Positions 25,265-39,727 of a stretch of DNA of 64,000 nucleotides are shown piece by piece; position 1 is the stretch's first letter, and the number at the start of each line of letters is the position of its first letter. The position numbers and the translations under genes are program-made. The notes under the pieces were generated by a model. That model had not been told where the DNA came from and did no database searches. It saw only the letters and a program-made list of their open reading frames with translations. This stretch comes from Fistulifera solaris (taxonomy: Eukaryota), in contig AP026159.1 of assembly GCA_030295235.1 (NCBI GenBank), forward strand, positions 124,001 to 188,000, read 5' to 3'.

Positions 25265-26711
25265 AAATCAGGTAACTGAAAAAAAAGTTTAACTTTTATA
25301 AATCACAAATCCTTCCGAAATATTTTTAATGTCCAATTTCTCAACTGATTGTAATTTTCTATTATAGAATACTTTAAATTTTGATTCAATTACTTAATTG
25401 TTTTCCAGACTTTGAATAGAATCTAAAACTATCTGTTTCATTTTTCGAATATTTTGATTCGATAATGCCGAAGGAAAATTCTCAATGAAATCTTTAATGT
25501 TAATTTGTTTTTCGATCGTCGGTCAATTAAAACATTTTAAAAATTTCAAACAAAACAGAAAATTCATACTTCGATAAACTAGAGTCGAACATATGGGGAA
25601 AAGAGAAAGGGTAATGTAATAAAATAAATCATCTACAATCCAAAACTTCCCTATCTAATCGTGTTTCTTATAAACTTCAACTTTGGGAACCGATATTAAA
25701 CTTTGAAAATATTTATCATTGAATGACCTTACAAAAAAATCCTTTTGGATTTCGTCACAGAAATCTCGAAGTTTTTTTAATTGATAGGTAGAACGATAAT
25801 TGGGACCATGAAGAAATTCTAAAAAATGATTAAGTTTAAAGGTAACACATCTATAACGAGTAGCTCCTAAGAATTCGCTATCATAATCAAGATTACGAAC
25901 ATACACTAAAAACTTTAAAAACTGAATCAATTTTTTCTGTTCTTTAACCTGAATGTTAGAATCAAAGTAATCGGTTTTAAAAGTTAAATTTGATAAGGTT
26001 TAGGTCGTAATGCTCTGATCTTTTTGCTAACCATGTTAGATAAGGAGAATTAATCGATAAAAGCTGAGTACCAAAATAGTTAAAAAAAGTGCTGGGCCAA
26101 GAAAAATTCAAATTCGTCCCAACTGTTACTCATGAAATACTTGAAATACGGTTCAATAAACTTACCCTTCATTTCATAGTCAAATTTTAATCCATTCTAT
26201 TCTATATAAATTCGTGAAAATCTACTACTTCGACGATTTCCTAATTTTAAGATTTGACCCTTTTATTTTTTTCATAATTCACATTTAATTTTAATTGAGC
26301 GTGATAGGAATAAAAAAAATCTTCTACGCTTTCTCAGTCAATTGGTACATCAGAGATACGACATAAATTCAATCGACTTAAAACTGCATTGGAAAATAAG
26401 TTTAATGAATTGAATTAGTTTTAGCATACTGATAAAATTGATTCGCATTTTTGCCAGAAAAAATAGAACAAGGTGCGATCCTCATAAGGACCATCTTTCA
26501 CAAAAATAGCCGAAAAATTGTTTGTACGACTAACTTTTAAGTCCTCTTTTTCCGATTTAATCAACTTACCGGATTGGGCAAAACAATTAAAACCAATGTT
26601 AAAGAGATAGTTTACTAATTTTCTTTGACTTTCTAGTTCTAATGATTGAAATTTAAAAGAAATCCGATTGACATCGATCTTTTCGGCTTAGAAATTTAAT
26701 TTTTCTTGCAT
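25265..26711 (-). pseudogene. Plasmid-type replication-initiator-like ORF, heavily degraded
   Basis: MQEKLNF*AEKIDVNRISFKFQ...YLFNIGFN...FSGKNANQFY...ILKLGNRRSSRFSRIY...LKFDYEMKGK; resembles large ORFs of diatom plasmids; many stops and frameshifts. Confidence 0.6.
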
Positions 26712-26755
26712 TATAGTATTAAATTTAAGACTCTTCCAGAGGCTTCTGTAAGGTT

Positions 26756-27422
26756 TTAGAAGAGGTTTAATAATAGTTTGAGATTCGTCTTAACTAACCG
26801 ATTGGCAGGTTTATAGTTTAAATATTCTTTTAAAACTTTATAAATTGTACTTTGGCTTTTTTTCTGTTATTTTTGCTATTTGAATCACCGATAATTTTTT
26901 ATTTTCTTTTAAATCTTGAACTTGTGCAACCACTTTTTTTGTAATAATCGTTTTTCCTCCGCGATATTTACCAGTTTTTTTAGCAGCTTCTATCCCTTGT
27001 CGTTGCCGTTTCTTTCGGTGCTCAGTTTCAAATCTAGTAATGACGGCAAGATTAGTCAAAATCAATTTATTAAAAGCCGTATCATTAGAATATCGTAGAT
27101 CTAATGAGACGAATTTAATAGATTTATTAAACATCTTTTCTTGTAATGTTAAAAATTCTAGCGTATTGCGACTACAACTATCAATCTTAGTAACTAATAA
27201 TAAATCATTTGTTTGTAGCTCTTCTTCAATTAATTTTTGAAAAATAGGTCTTTCTTAACTAGAGTTAACCGCACATCCAATTTCAACATGAATACTTTTT
27301 TCTGGAACTCCATGTTTTTTAAATTCTTATTTTTGTGTTTCTAAATAAAAATTATCTTGTTGTGAATTAGAGCTGACGCGTGCATAACCATATCGACAGT
27401 CTTTTGGAATTTCATCAAACAT
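26756..27422 (-). pseudogene. serC: Serine recombinase (resolvase/invertase family) pseudogene
   Basis: YGYARVSS (catalytic Ser motif), ERPIFQKL, VTKIDSCSRN, RQRQGIEAAKKTGKYRG, C-terminal HTH; two in-frame TAA plus a frameshift. Confidence 0.88.
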
Positions 27423-27659
27423 TTTTTCTCCTTGTCAAAAGTTTATTTTTTAATATTTTATTGTAAAGAGTTAACAAATAAAAAAGAAAAAACTAAAAAT
27501 TTCATTTCGCTTTGATGTAAAAACTAAAAACCACGTGCTGATTTGAGGTAAAGTGAAAAAATTTAATAGAATATAGTTTTGAACTTGCAAAATGATTATC
27601 AGTTGAATTAAATTAAAACTCTGAATATTTTTAATGGAAAATTTATTAAAACCTTATTT

Positions 27660-29247
27660 ATGGCAAAAAAAATTTTATATCAAGATAATGCACGTCGCGC
27701 TTTAGAGCGTGGCATGGAAATAATGGTTGAAGCAGTTTCAGTAACGTTAGGCCCAAAAGGAAGAAATGTTGTTTTAGAAAAAATTATGGCTCACCGCAAA
27801 TTGTGAATGATGGTGTCACGATTGCAAAAGAAATTAAATTAAGCGATCACATTGAGAACACTGGCGTATCATTAATTCGTCAAGCTGCCTCAAAAACAAA
27901 CGATGTTGCTGGCGACGGAACAACGACGGCAACGGTTTTGGCTTACGCAATGGTTAAAGAAGGATTAAAAAACGTTGCAGCAGGAGCTAATCCAATTTCT
28001 ATTAAATTAGGGATGGAGAAAGCTTCACAATACTTAGTCACACAAATTAATGAATTTGCTCAACCAGTTGAGGATCTTCAATCAATTCAGCAAGTTGCTT
28101 CAATTTCTGCGGGTAATGACGAAACGATAGGGTTATTAATTGCTGATGCCTTAGCTAAAGTTGGGAAAGAAGGGGTCATTTCATTAGAAGAAGGCAAAGG
28201 AATTACAACGGAATTAGAAATTACTGAAGGTATGAAGTTCGAAAAAGGATTTATCTCTCCTTACTTCATTACAAATACGGAAAAAATGGAAGTATCTTAT
28301 GATAATCCCTATATATTATTAACCGATAAACGTATTACTTTAGTCCAACAAGATTTGTTACCAATTCTAGAACAAATTACTAAAACAAAACGACCACTTT
28401 TAATTATTGCTCAAGATATAGAGAAAGAAGCATTAGCAACATTAGTTTTGAATAAATTACGTGGAATTATAAATGTTGTTGCAGTTAGAGCACCCGGTTT
28501 TGGTGAATTACGAAAACAAATGCTTGAAGATATTGCAATTTTAACTGGAGGAACACTTGTAACGCAAGATGCGGGTTTAAGTCTGGAGAATGTTCAATTA
28601 AATCTTTTAGGTCAAGCACGAAGAGTTATAATTAATAAAGATTCAACAACGATTGTTGCTGATGGAGAAACATTAAATGATATTAATGTTCGTTGTGAAC
28701 AGTTAAGAAAACAAGTAAATATTGTTGATACTGCGTATGAAAAGAAAAGTTACAAGATCGTATCGCCAAGTTATCAGGTGGTATAGCTGTAATTCGAGTT
28801 GGCGCAGTAACAGAAACAGAGATGAAAGACAAAAAATTACGTCTAGAAGATGCTATAAATGCAACTAGAGCGGCTGTAGAAGAAGGAATTGTACCTGGTG
28901 GAGGTGCCACTTTAGCACATTTATCAGAAAATTTAGTAAGTTGGGCGAAAAATAATTTAAAAGAAGATGAATTGATTGGTGCAATGATTATTTCGCGAGC
29001 AATTTTAGCTCCATTAAAACGAATAGCCGAAAACGCTGGTATAAATGGTGCTGTGATTGTCGAAAAAATTCAACAACAAGAATTTGAAATGGGTTATAAC
29101 GCAGCAAAAGATGTTTTTGGAAATATGTATGAACAGGGAATTGTTGATCCAGCCAAGGTAACTCGTTCTGGTTTACAGAATGCAACATCTATCGCTAGTA
29201 TGATTTTAACTACTGAATGTATCATTGTGGATGATAGTAAAATTTAA
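27660..29247 (+). CDS. groEL: Chaperonin GroEL (two poly-A frameshifts)
   Basis: [36 protein letters not shown]. Confidence 0.97.
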
Positions 29248-29271
29248 AACGAATTATTAAATTCGTTTTAA
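29243..29271. terminator. Stem-loop between convergent groEL and dnaK
   Basis: TTTAAAACGAATT-ATT-AAATTCGTTTTAAA (approximate). Confidence 0.55.
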
Positions 29272-29299
29272 ATTTCAATCGAGTTAACAAGATGTAAAC

Positions 29300-31146
<1,847 letters not shown>

Positions 31147-31381
31147 TTAAATTTAATAACTTATTACTTTCTACTTTAATTATAACAAAGGATCGAGATA
31201 GAATAAGCGCTACTTTACCGTAATAATTTATTAATAATAGTTTAGATTTTTCTTATGTAGACAAAAGGGTATAAATTAAATAAACTAAGCTTAGTAATAA
31301 CTTAATTTAAATTATTTTATTAAACTTTTAATTATCTCCTAAAAGCAACGTTAATAAATATAGAAAAAATGGAGGATATCC

Positions 31382-32004
31382 GTGAGTGTAGGTTTATTAG
31401 GCAATAAAATTGGCATGACTCAAATTTTTGATGAGTCTGGCAATATCATTCCAGTTACAATTTTAAAAGTTGGGCCGTGTGTAGTAACTCAAGTTAAAAC
31501 TAAATCGAAAGATGGCTATGACTCAATTCAAGTTGGGTATGGTAATGTTTCACCAAAGGCACTAACACAACCAGAACTTGGTCATTTACAAAAGTCAGAT
31601 ATTCAACCTTTAAGATATTTAAAAGAATTTCGGGTTAGTGAAGAAAATGAATTTAATTTAGGACAAATCTTAGATGTTAACTCATTTTCACCTGGTCAGT
31701 TAATTAATATTCAAGGTAAAAGTATCGGTAAAGGATTTTCTGGTCTTCAAAAACGTTATAATTTCAGTCGTGGTCCTATGACTCATGGTTCAAAAAACCA
31801 TAGAGCTCCTGGTTCAATCGGTATGGGTACTTCACCAGGGCGTGTTTTACCTGGTAAAAAAATGTCTGGTCAAGTAGGTAATAAAGTTACAACGATAAAA
31901 AAACTTAAAGTTATCCAAGTAAATCTAGAAGAAAATATTTTAGTAATCAAGGATCGGTTCCTGGTAAACCAGGTAACTTATTAAGTATTGTTCCTTCAGA
32001 ATAG
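31382..32004 (+). CDS. rpl3: 50S ribosomal protein L3
   Basis: [30 protein letters not shown]; 3' frameshift. Confidence 0.96.
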
Positions 32005-32045
32005 ATTAACCCTAAGTTAAATAAAGAAATATATTAAAAGAAAGT

Positions 32046-32691
32046 ATGACCATTCAAAAATTTATAACATACACACCATTAAATGTTTATGGTAAACAAA
32101 CAGATTTTAATGATGAATTAAAGTTGAATGTTTTAGAGACTTCTGGGAATTATTTATTACATAAAGATCTTTTAAGACATCTTAATTCTCAAAGACAAGG
32201 AACTGTCTCAACTAAAACTCGAAGCGAAGTTCGTGGGGGTGGTCGGAAACCTTGGCGTCAGAAAGGTACAGGGCGTGCACGAGCAGGTTCAAATCGTTCA
32301 CCATTGTGGAAAGGTGGTGGTGTAACTTTTGGACCGAAGCCTAGACAGTTTGAACTAAAGGTAAATAAAAAGAACGTAGATTAGCCTTACAAACTTTAAT
32401 TTATAACAAAAGAAATAAACTTGTTATTATTAACAATTTAGAGAGCGATCTTACTGAACCAAAAACAAAAGCTTTTTTAAAAATTTGTAAAGATTGTGAG
32501 ATTTCAATGGATCAAAAAATTTTAGTTGTTACATCGAAAAAACTCCTACCTTAAAGTTGGCAACACAAAATTTAAAAAACGTTGAATTAATTTCAGCTGG
32601 TCACTTGAATACATTGAGTTTATTGAGAGCTCAACAAATTATATTAACACCATTGGCAATAAATGATATAAAGGAGATTTATTGTGATTAG
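32046..32691 (+). CDS. rpl4: 50S ribosomal protein L4
   Basis: [27 protein letters not shown]; frameshifts. Confidence 0.95.
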
Positions 32692-32993
32692 TTCTTCAGA
32701 TTTTCAACGTAGTAATGCGCAAATCGTAAAGTATCCGATAATCACTGACAAAGCAACACGACTTCTAGAAAATAATCAATATAGTTTTATAGTCGATCGT
32801 TACTCAGATAAAACTAGCATAAAATCTGCTATTGAATCTTTATTTGACGTAAAAGTGATTAAAATTAATACTTGTCGTCTTCCAAGAAAACAGAAACGTG
32901 TTGGTAAATATATTGGGTGGAAACCACAATATAAAAAAAGCAATTGTAACATTATCTGAGGGTGACGTAATCAACTTATTTACAGAAAGTTAA
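32684..32993 (+). CDS. rpl23: 50S ribosomal protein L23
   Basis: [23 protein letters not shown] start; 3' frameshift. Confidence 0.94.
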
Positions 32994-33017
32994 TAAATTA
33001 AAAAAAGAATCTAGTTT

Positions 33018-33846
33018 ATGAGTATTCGTCTTTACAAATCATACACACCGGGCACGAGAAATCGTGCATTATCAGCGTTTAGTGAAATTACTAAATCAAA
33101 ACCAGAAAAAACTTTAATTAGAAAAAATCAACGAAATAAAGGACGTAATAATCGCGGGGTTATTACTATACGCCATCGCGGTGGTGGTCATAAAAGACTT
33201 TATCGACTAATTGATTTTAGAAGAAACAAATATGGAGTTGAAGGAATTGTAGCCTCAATTGAGTATGATCCAAATAGAAATGCAAGAATTGCATTGATTA
33301 ATTATTTAGATGGTGAAAAACGATATATTTTACATCCTAAAAACTTAAATGTAGGGGATAAAATTTTTGCAGGACCAGAAGCTCCCTTAAGTATTGGTAA
33401 TAGTTTACCTTTAGAACAAATTCCATTAGGAACATCAATTCATAATATTGAATTAATCCCAAATAAAGGCGGGCAAATTGTTCGTTCAGCTGGAACATCC
33501 GCTAAGATTTTAGCTAAGGAGAACAATTATATTACATTACGACTTCCTTCAAAAGAAATTCGTTTAGTCCGAAAAGAATGTTTTGCGACAATTGGTGAAG
33601 TTGGTAACAATGATGCATTTTTAGTTCAAAGTGGGAAAGCAGGTCGAACTCGCTGGTTAGGAAAACGTCCCACTGTTCGCGGTTCAGTGATGAACCCATG
33701 TGATCACCCACATGGTGGTGGTGAAGGAAGAACACCTATTGGGAGAAGTCGCCCAGTGACGCCTTGGGGTAAACCAGCGTTAGGAATGAAAACACGCAAA
33801 ACTAAAAAAATTAAGTGATGCCTATATTCTTCGTCGTCGTTCTTAA
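33018..33846 (+). CDS. rpl2: 50S ribosomal protein L2
   Basis: [25 protein letters not shown]. Confidence 0.98.
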
Positions 33847-33879
33847 GTAAAAAATAATTAACTAAGAAAATATTTTAAG

Positions 33880-34160
33880 ATGTCAAGATCATTAAAAAAA
33901 GTCCGTTTATTGCTTATCATTTATTGAAAAAAATTAATAAAGCAAATCAAAGTGGGAAAAAAGATACCATTACAACTTGGTCACGCTCGTCTACAATTTT
34001 ACCAAGTATGGTTGGATTTACAATTGCCGTTTATAATGGTAAACAACATGTGCCAATTTTTATTTCTGATCAGTTAGTAGGTCATAAATTAGGTGAATTC
34101 GTATCGACTAAAAACTTTAGATCACATATAAAAGCTGATAAAAAAACAAAGAAACGTTAA
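33880..34160 (+). CDS. rps19: 30S ribosomal protein S19
   Basis: MSRSLKK...[10 protein letters not shown]...GHKLGEF; 5' frameshift. Confidence 0.96.
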
Positions 34161-34172
34161 AAAATAGCCTAG

Positions 34173-34661
34173 ATGAATCGAATTCTATATGAAAATCGAT
34201 GTCGGTGTAATGAAGAGATTTCAATAACTAAAAAACGAACCGTATCGACTAGAAGTGAAGGAAAACCACTTCAATATCCCAAATCAAATGAAATTACATC
34301 AAAAACATTTCAAATTAAATATCCAAAGAAATTATCGTTAACTTCCAGATTAATTTTGAATAGTTTTCAAAATAAATACATCTATTATGCTATCGATGAT
34401 ATTCTATATAGTTTAAAATGTTCCCCATTTGAGCGAGATAATTTATTAGCAGTTTTATATTCTCCCATTCTATCACTACAAAATAATTTTTCTGTAAATT
34501 TTTTTGATATTTGGATTCGACAAGTTTATATAGAAGACGTTTCAAAATCAAATAAATTTTTGAAAGGTAATTTTGAAACATCCGATCAAATAACTAACAT
34601 AACTATTCAATTTTTTTATAAAACTAGAATTCCAGTAAAAAAACAAGAATCATTATGGTAG
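34173..34661 (+). CDS. ycf88: Ycf88 (diatom-specific)
   Basis: Position between rps19 and rpl22; FQNKYIYYAIDDILY, LYSPILSLQNN, KKQESLW. Confidence 0.88.
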   Translation: MNRILYENRCRCNEEISITKKRTVSTRSEGKPLQYPKSNEITSKTFQIKYPKKLSLTSRLILNSFQNKYIYYAIDDILYSLKCSPFERDNLLAVLYSPILSLQNNFSVNFFDIWIRQVYIEDVSKSNKFLKGNFETSDQITNITIQFFYKTRIPVKKQESLW

Positions 34662-34833
34662 CTTAATACCCCTATTAAGATTTGCAAAAATTCTAGTTTT
34701 ATTTTCAAAATACGACATATCTAAATATCTCACATTTCGAATGCTAGAAATTTTTTGATTTCGTAATAGTCTACTTCAAGTTCGATATTCATTTAATTTA
34801 AAAGTGAAGATTATAAATTAGAAAACAAGTATT

Positions 34834-35181
34834 ATGTCAAATAGTCAATCCGTTAAAGCAGTAGCCAAATATATTCGTATGTCTCCTCATAAGATAAGAC
34901 GAGTTTTAGACCAAATAAGAGGTCGTTCATATCAAGAAGCATTAATGATTTTAGAATTTTTACCATATGACGCTGGTGGGCCCATTTGGCAAGTAGTTCA
35001 TTCTGCAGCAGCAAACGCAAAACATAATTACGGTTTAGATAAAAAGAAATTAGTTATTGATGAAATATTTGCTGACGAAGGTCCAAAATTAAAACGTATT
35101 CGACCACGTGCGCAAGGACGAGCATATAAAATTTTGAAACCAACATGTCACATCACAGTAGTTATGAAAGCTGTCAATTAA
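34834..35181 (+). CDS. rpl22: 50S ribosomal protein L22
   Basis: [29 protein letters not shown]. Confidence 0.97.
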   Translation: MSNSQSVKAVAKYIRMSPHKIRRVLDQIRGRSYQEALMILEFLPYDAGGPIWQVVHSAAANAKHNYGLDKKKLVIDEIFADEGPKLKRIRPRAQGRAYKILKPTCHITVVMKAVN

Positions 35182-35218
35182 ATTATTAAAAAATAAATAA
35201 ATTAAAAGGATTAATTCT

Positions 35219-35863
35219 ATGGGTCAAAAAACACATCCTTTAGGGTTTAGATTAGGAATTACACAAGAACATAGATCAACTTGGTACGCTAATTTAACTC
35301 AGTATGCAGAAATTTTAAAAGAGGATGATGCTATTCGAACTTATATTCACAAAATTTCAAAAGCTAATAGTATTGCAAATGTAAATATAAATCGAAATAG
35401 TTTAAATGATCAAATTCAATTAAATATTCATACAGGTAAACCAGGTATTTTAGTTGGTGATCTGGGAGTTGGTTTAGAAAAATTACTAAGTAATATTAAA
35501 AACTTATTGCCTTTCGATCGCCAGTTAATTATTAATGTTCTAGAAGTAGAAAAAGTTGATTTAAGTGCTTCTCTTCTTGCTGATTTAGTGGCTGAGCAAT
35601 TAGAAAAACGTGTTGCTTTCCGTCGAGCAATTCGAGAAGCCTTACAACGTGCTCAAAAACAAAATGCAAATGGTATTAAAATCCAAGTTTCAGGTCGTTT
35701 AAATGGAGCTGAAATTGCTAGAAGTGAATGGACTCGTGAAGGAAGAGTTCCTCTGCAAACATTACGTGCAGATATTGATTACGCAACACAAGAAGCTAAT
35801 ACAATTTATGGTGTATTAGGGATTAAAGTTTGGTTATTTAAAAGTGAAATTTTATCAAAATAA
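35219..35863 (+). CDS. rps3: 30S ribosomal protein S3
   Basis: [23 protein letters not shown]. Confidence 0.98.
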   Translation: MGQKTHPLGFRLGITQEHRSTWYANLTQYAEILKEDDAIRTYIHKISKANSIANVNINRNSLNDQIQLNIHTGKPGILVGDLGVGLEKLLSNIKNLLPFDRQLIINVLEVEKVDLSASLLADLVAEQLEKRVAFRRAIREALQRAQKQNANGIKIQVSGRLNGAEIARSEWTREGRVPLQTLRADIDYATQEANTIYGVLGIKVWLFKSEILSK

Positions 35864-35916
35864 AAATTTCGACTCACACAGCTAAAAATTTTACATTGTT
35901 ATTAAATTAATTTGTT

Positions 35917-36332
35917 ATGTTAAGCCCAAAAGAACAAAGTATAGAAAGTATCATAGAGGACGTATGCGAGGTACAAAAACTCGAGGAAATGAAGTTTGTT
36001 TCGGTAATTTTGGGTTACAAGCTTTAGAACCGAGTTGGATTACATCACGTCAAATTGAAGCAGCACGTCGAACAATTACACGTTACACTAAACGTGGTGC
36101 CTCATTATGGATTCGAATTTTCCCAGACAAAACCGTAACCGCTCGTGCTGCGGAATCAAGAATGGGTTCAGGTAAAGGTGCTGTAGATTATTGGGTATGT
36201 GTTGTGAAACCAGGCACAATTTTATTTGAAATTAGTTCAGTACCAGAAGAAGTTGCTCGCGCAGCATTTAATTTAGCTGCCTATAAATTACCAATTAAAA
36301 CTAAATTCATTATTAAAGATAATATTAATTAA
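35917..36332 (+). CDS. rpl16: 50S ribosomal protein L16
   Basis: [15 protein letters not shown]...RMGSGKG; 5' frameshift. Confidence 0.96.
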
Positions 36333-36337
36333 AAAAT

Positions 36338-36559
36338 ATGGGTTTACCTAAATTTAGTGATATTATTTCACTTTCAAATACAGAAATTTCTGAAGCAATT
36401 GCTAAAGCAGAGAATAAACTATTTAATCTTCGTTTTAAGAAAGCTACACGCCAAACTTTTAAAGCAAATGAAATTAAAAGTACAAAACGCCAGTTAGCGC
36501 AATTAAAGACGCTTTTAACATCGAGATTAAAGAATCTTGAATCAAAAGACGAGAATTAA
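36338..36559 (+). CDS. rpl29: 50S ribosomal protein L29
   Basis: LFNLRFKKATRQ...KRQLAQLKT; operon position. Confidence 0.93.
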   Translation: MGLPKFSDIISLSNTEISEAIAKAENKLFNLRFKKATRQTFKANEIKSTKRQLAQLKTLLTSRLKNLESKDEN

Positions 36560-36609
36560 TTATAAAGCAAAATCTAAACTATTATTTAAGAGAAATTAAG
36601 GAGTGTTCG

Positions 36610-36864
36610 GTGCCAGTAAAACAAGAAATTGGTATTGTAATTAGTAATAAAATGGAAAAAACTATCGTGGTAAAGGTTGAAAACCGTTATCCACATCCGA
36701 TTTATTCTAAAACATTAGTTAAAACGAAAAAGTATTTAGCTCATGATGAATTAGAAGAATGTAATATAGGTGATCAAGTATTAATTCAAGAATGTCGTCC
36801 TTTAAGTAAAAGAAAACGTTCTAAGCTAGTAAAAATTCTTACAAAATCATCATTAATAAGTTAA
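36610..36864 (+). CDS. rps17: 30S ribosomal protein S17
   Basis: GIVISNKMEKTIVV, ECRPLSKRK. Confidence 0.96.
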   Translation: MPVKQEIGIVISNKMEKTIVVKVENRYPHPIYSKTLVKTKKYLAHDELEECNIGDQVLIQECRPLSKRKRSKLVKILTKSSLIS

Positions 36865-36879
36865 CTATCAATTAATTTT

Positions 36880-37245
36880 ATGATTTGTCCTCAAACAATG
36901 TTAACAGTAGCCGATAATACGGGTGCGAAAAAAAGTTATGTGTATTCGTGTTTTAGGTGGGAGCAAAAATTTGCAAAAATTGGCGATACAATTATTGCAG
37001 TTGTTAAAGAAGCAACACCAAACATGCCAGTAAAGCGTTCGGATGTTGTACGTGCTATTGTGGTACGAACTACCAAAACTATCCGTCGACAAGACGGGAT
37101 GTTTATTCGATTTGACGATAATGCAGCGGTGATTGTAAATATGGAAAATAATCCTCGCGGGACGCGTGTTTTTGGGCCGGTGGCACGAGAAATTCGTGAT
37201 AAAAATTATTCTAAGATTGTTTCATTAGCGCCGGAGGTTTTATAA
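36880..37245 (+). CDS. rpl14: 50S ribosomal protein L14 (two compensating indels near 5' end)
   Basis: [28 protein letters not shown]. Confidence 0.96.
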   Translation: MICPQTMLTVADNTGAKKSYVYSCFRWEQKFAKIGDTIIAVVKEATPNMPVKRSDVVRAIVVRTTKTIRRQDGMFIRFDDNAAVIVNMENNPRGTRVFGPVAREIRDKNYSKIVSLAPEVL

Positions 37246-37494
37246 ATGTCAAAAAAACAAAAAATTCATGTGAAAGTTGGCGATACGGTTAGAGTTATTT
37301 CAGGCTTTTCAAAAAATGAAACAGGTGAAGTTTTGAGAATTAATCGAAATACTGGAAAATTGATTGTGAAAGGCATTAATTTTAAGTTTAAACACGTAAA
37401 ACCAAATAATGAAAATGAGATTGGTGAAATTAAACAAGTAGAAGCACCAATTCACCATTCAAATGTAACACTAAATTTAAAAGAAGTATCTTAA
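37246..37494 (+). CDS. rpl24: 50S ribosomal protein L24
   Basis: HVKVGDTVRVISG, EAPIHHSNV. Confidence 0.95.
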   Translation: MSKKQKIHVKVGDTVRVISGFSKNETGEVLRINRNTGKLIVKGINFKFKHVKPNNENEIGEIKQVEAPIHHSNVTLNLKEVS

Positions 37495-37495
37495 T

Positions 37496-38212
37496 ATGCT
37501 AAATCAACATTCTTTAGAAGAAATTGCTGAAATTTATAATTTACTAGGTGATATAAAAAAAGAGTACAAAGCCGGCATTAAACCAATTTTAATGCAAAAC
37601 AGTTCGAAGCTATTTAATAATCCTCACACAATTCCAAAATTAAAAAAAATAGTTGTTAATCGTGGCCTTGGAGTATCGGCACAAAATACAAATATCTTAA
37701 AAAAAAATCTTGAAGAATTTGAAAAAATTACTGGTCAAAAACCAGTTGTTTCAAGAGCAAAAAAAGCCATTGCTGGTTTTAAGATTCGCGAAGATATGGA
37801 ACTAGGAATTAGTGTAACCTTACGTGGTGAAAAAATGTACACATTTTTAACAAAACTCTTATTTTTTACATTCGCACAAATTCGAGATTTTCGTGGGTTA
37901 TCATTACGCAGTTTTGATAAAGCAGGAAATTATACGTTTGGTTTAAAAGAACAATTAATTTTCCCAGAAGTTGAGTATGACGAAGTTGATCAAGTACAAG
38001 GTTGTACAATCAATATCGTTTTAGACCATAACTCACCTAAATACCGAAATGAATCAATTGATAAAATCTTAAATGGAATGATTTTATTTAAATTCTTGAG
38101 ATTTCCATTAAATGATTGTGGTTACTACGACAAGTATGATTCTTTTGCAGAGATTAATCGTACCTGGGATAAAAAACGTCATTTAAAACGAAAACGTTGG
38201 TCACAAGAATAA
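37496..38212 (+). CDS. rpl5: 50S ribosomal protein L5
   Basis: PKLKKIVVNRG, ITGQKP, IRDFRGL; 238 aa diatom-type length. Confidence 0.96.
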   Translation: MLNQHSLEEIAEIYNLLGDIKKEYKAGIKPILMQNSSKLFNNPHTIPKLKKIVVNRGLGVSAQNTNILKKNLEEFEKITGQKPVVSRAKKAIAGFKIREDMELGISVTLRGEKMYTFLTKLLFFTFAQIRDFRGLSLRSFDKAGNYTFGLKEQLIFPEVEYDEVDQVQGCTINIVLDHNSPKYRNESIDKILNGMILFKFLRFPLNDCGYYDKYDSFAEINRTWDKKRHLKRKRWSQE

Positions 38213-38240
38213 TAAAATATAGGTTAAAAAGGAAATAACT

Positions 38241-38639
38241 ATGGTAAACGATACTATTTCAGATATGCTAACACGAATTCGAAATGCGAACATGGTGAAA
38301 CACCAAATTGTTCAAATTCCAGCGACTCGAATGTCTTTAGGAATTGCAGAAATCTTAAAAGTAGAAGGTTTTATTGAAGATTTCGAAGCTTACAGTGAAG
38401 ACAGTAAAAAATATATATTAATCTCATTAAAATATATTGGAAAATCAAGACAGCCAGTAATTTGCAAAATTGAACGTGTAAGTAAACCAGGTTTACGAGT
38501 TTATTCAAAATCATCAAATTTGCCAAAAGTCTTAGATAATTTAGGTATTGCAATCATTTCAACGTCGAAAGGATTAATGACAAACATCAAAGCTCGTGAA
38601 TTAGGAGTTGGTGGTGAAGTTTTATGTTATATTTGGTAA
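38241..38639 (+). CDS. rps8: 30S ribosomal protein S8
   Basis: [30 protein letters not shown]. Confidence 0.97.
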   Translation: MVNDTISDMLTRIRNANMVKHQIVQIPATRMSLGIAEILKVEGFIEDFEAYSEDSKKYILISLKYIGKSRQPVICKIERVSKPGLRVYSKSSNLPKVLDNLGIAIISTSKGLMTNIKARELGVGGEVLCYIW

Positions 38640-38658
38640 AAGTAAAGGAGTTTTTACA

Positions 38659-39194
38659 ATGTCACGAATCGGAAAATTACCCATTAAAATACCAGATAGT
38701 GTTACTATTGATCATCGCGAGTCAGAGATTACTGTTAAAGGAAAATTTGGAACTTTACAGAGATCTGTTCCAGATATTATCAGTCTAGTTCAAGAAGATG
38801 GAAAATTAAATGTTATTTTAAAAGAAAACGATAAAAAATTAAAGCTCTACACGGTTTATACCGAACATTAATTAACAATATGGTAATTGGAGTTTCAGAA
38901 CAATTTACTATTACTCTTAATTTAAAAGGTGTTGGTTATCGTGCTGCAGTCCAAGGCAATGAAATTGTCTTAAGTTTAGGATATAGTCACCCAGTAAAAA
39001 TTGAAATTCCCACCAATATTTCAGTTGAAGTTTTGCAAAATACAACCATAAATTTAAAATCATGTGATAAAGAATCATTAGGTTTGTTTGCAGCCAATAT
39101 CCGATCTTGGAGAAAACCAGAACCTTATAAAGGTAAAGGAATTTTATATAAAAACGAAAGAATTCTTCGCAAAGCTGGTAAATCGGGCAAATAA
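38659..39194 (+). CDS. rpl6: 50S ribosomal protein L6 (frameshift)
   Basis: MSRIGKLPI, GVGYRA, PEPYKGKG. Confidence 0.96.
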
Positions 39195-39293
39195 TTGTAT
39201 TTTGTTAATCATTGATCAAAATACAATTTCTTTCGCTTTTAAATATAAAAATCATCACATTTTTAAAGTTTAAAAAAATAAAAGATTAAAACT

Positions 39294-39701
39294 ATGAAAT
39301 TTTCACCAAGAACTTTGTTAAAGTTAAAAAGTAAGAATAAAAAATTAAGACCTCGAAAATATAAAAGATTAAAACGTGAAACAGTTCGAGGTCGTATAAA
39401 AGGAACTCTAGAACGTCCAAGATTATCAGTTTTTCGATCAAACGAAAATATTTACGCGCAAATTATTGATGATGTTAATGCAAAAACACTAATTTCTTGT
39501 TCAACATTAGATCGCTCGATTAAACTTGCTCTTTCAACTGGTCGAACATGTGATGCATCTCGTTTAATGGGAGAGAAATTAGCTGAATTAAGTTTAAAAA
39601 AAAATATTACCAAAATTGTCTTTGATCGTGGTCCATATTTATATCATGGTCGTATCAAAGCGCTTGCGGATGGGGCACGAGCTGGTGGTTTACAATTTTA
39701 G
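39294..39701 (+). CDS. rpl18: 50S ribosomal protein L18
   Basis: [30 protein letters not shown]. Confidence 0.97.
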   Translation: MKFSPRTLLKLKSKNKKLRPRKYKRLKRETVRGRIKGTLERPRLSVFRSNENIYAQIIDDVNAKTLISCSTLDRSIKLALSTGRTCDASRLMGEKLAELSLKKNITKIVFDRGPYLYHGRIKALADGARAGGLQF

Positions 39702-39727
39702 TTAAATAGACAAGTTAAATATATTTT

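Larger units (their letters stand above)
23900..27500 (-). mobile_element. Decayed integrated plasmid-like island between trnR(ACG) and groEL
   Basis: Co-oriented serC, Rep-like and small ORF pseudogenes; boundaries approximate. Confidence 0.65.
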
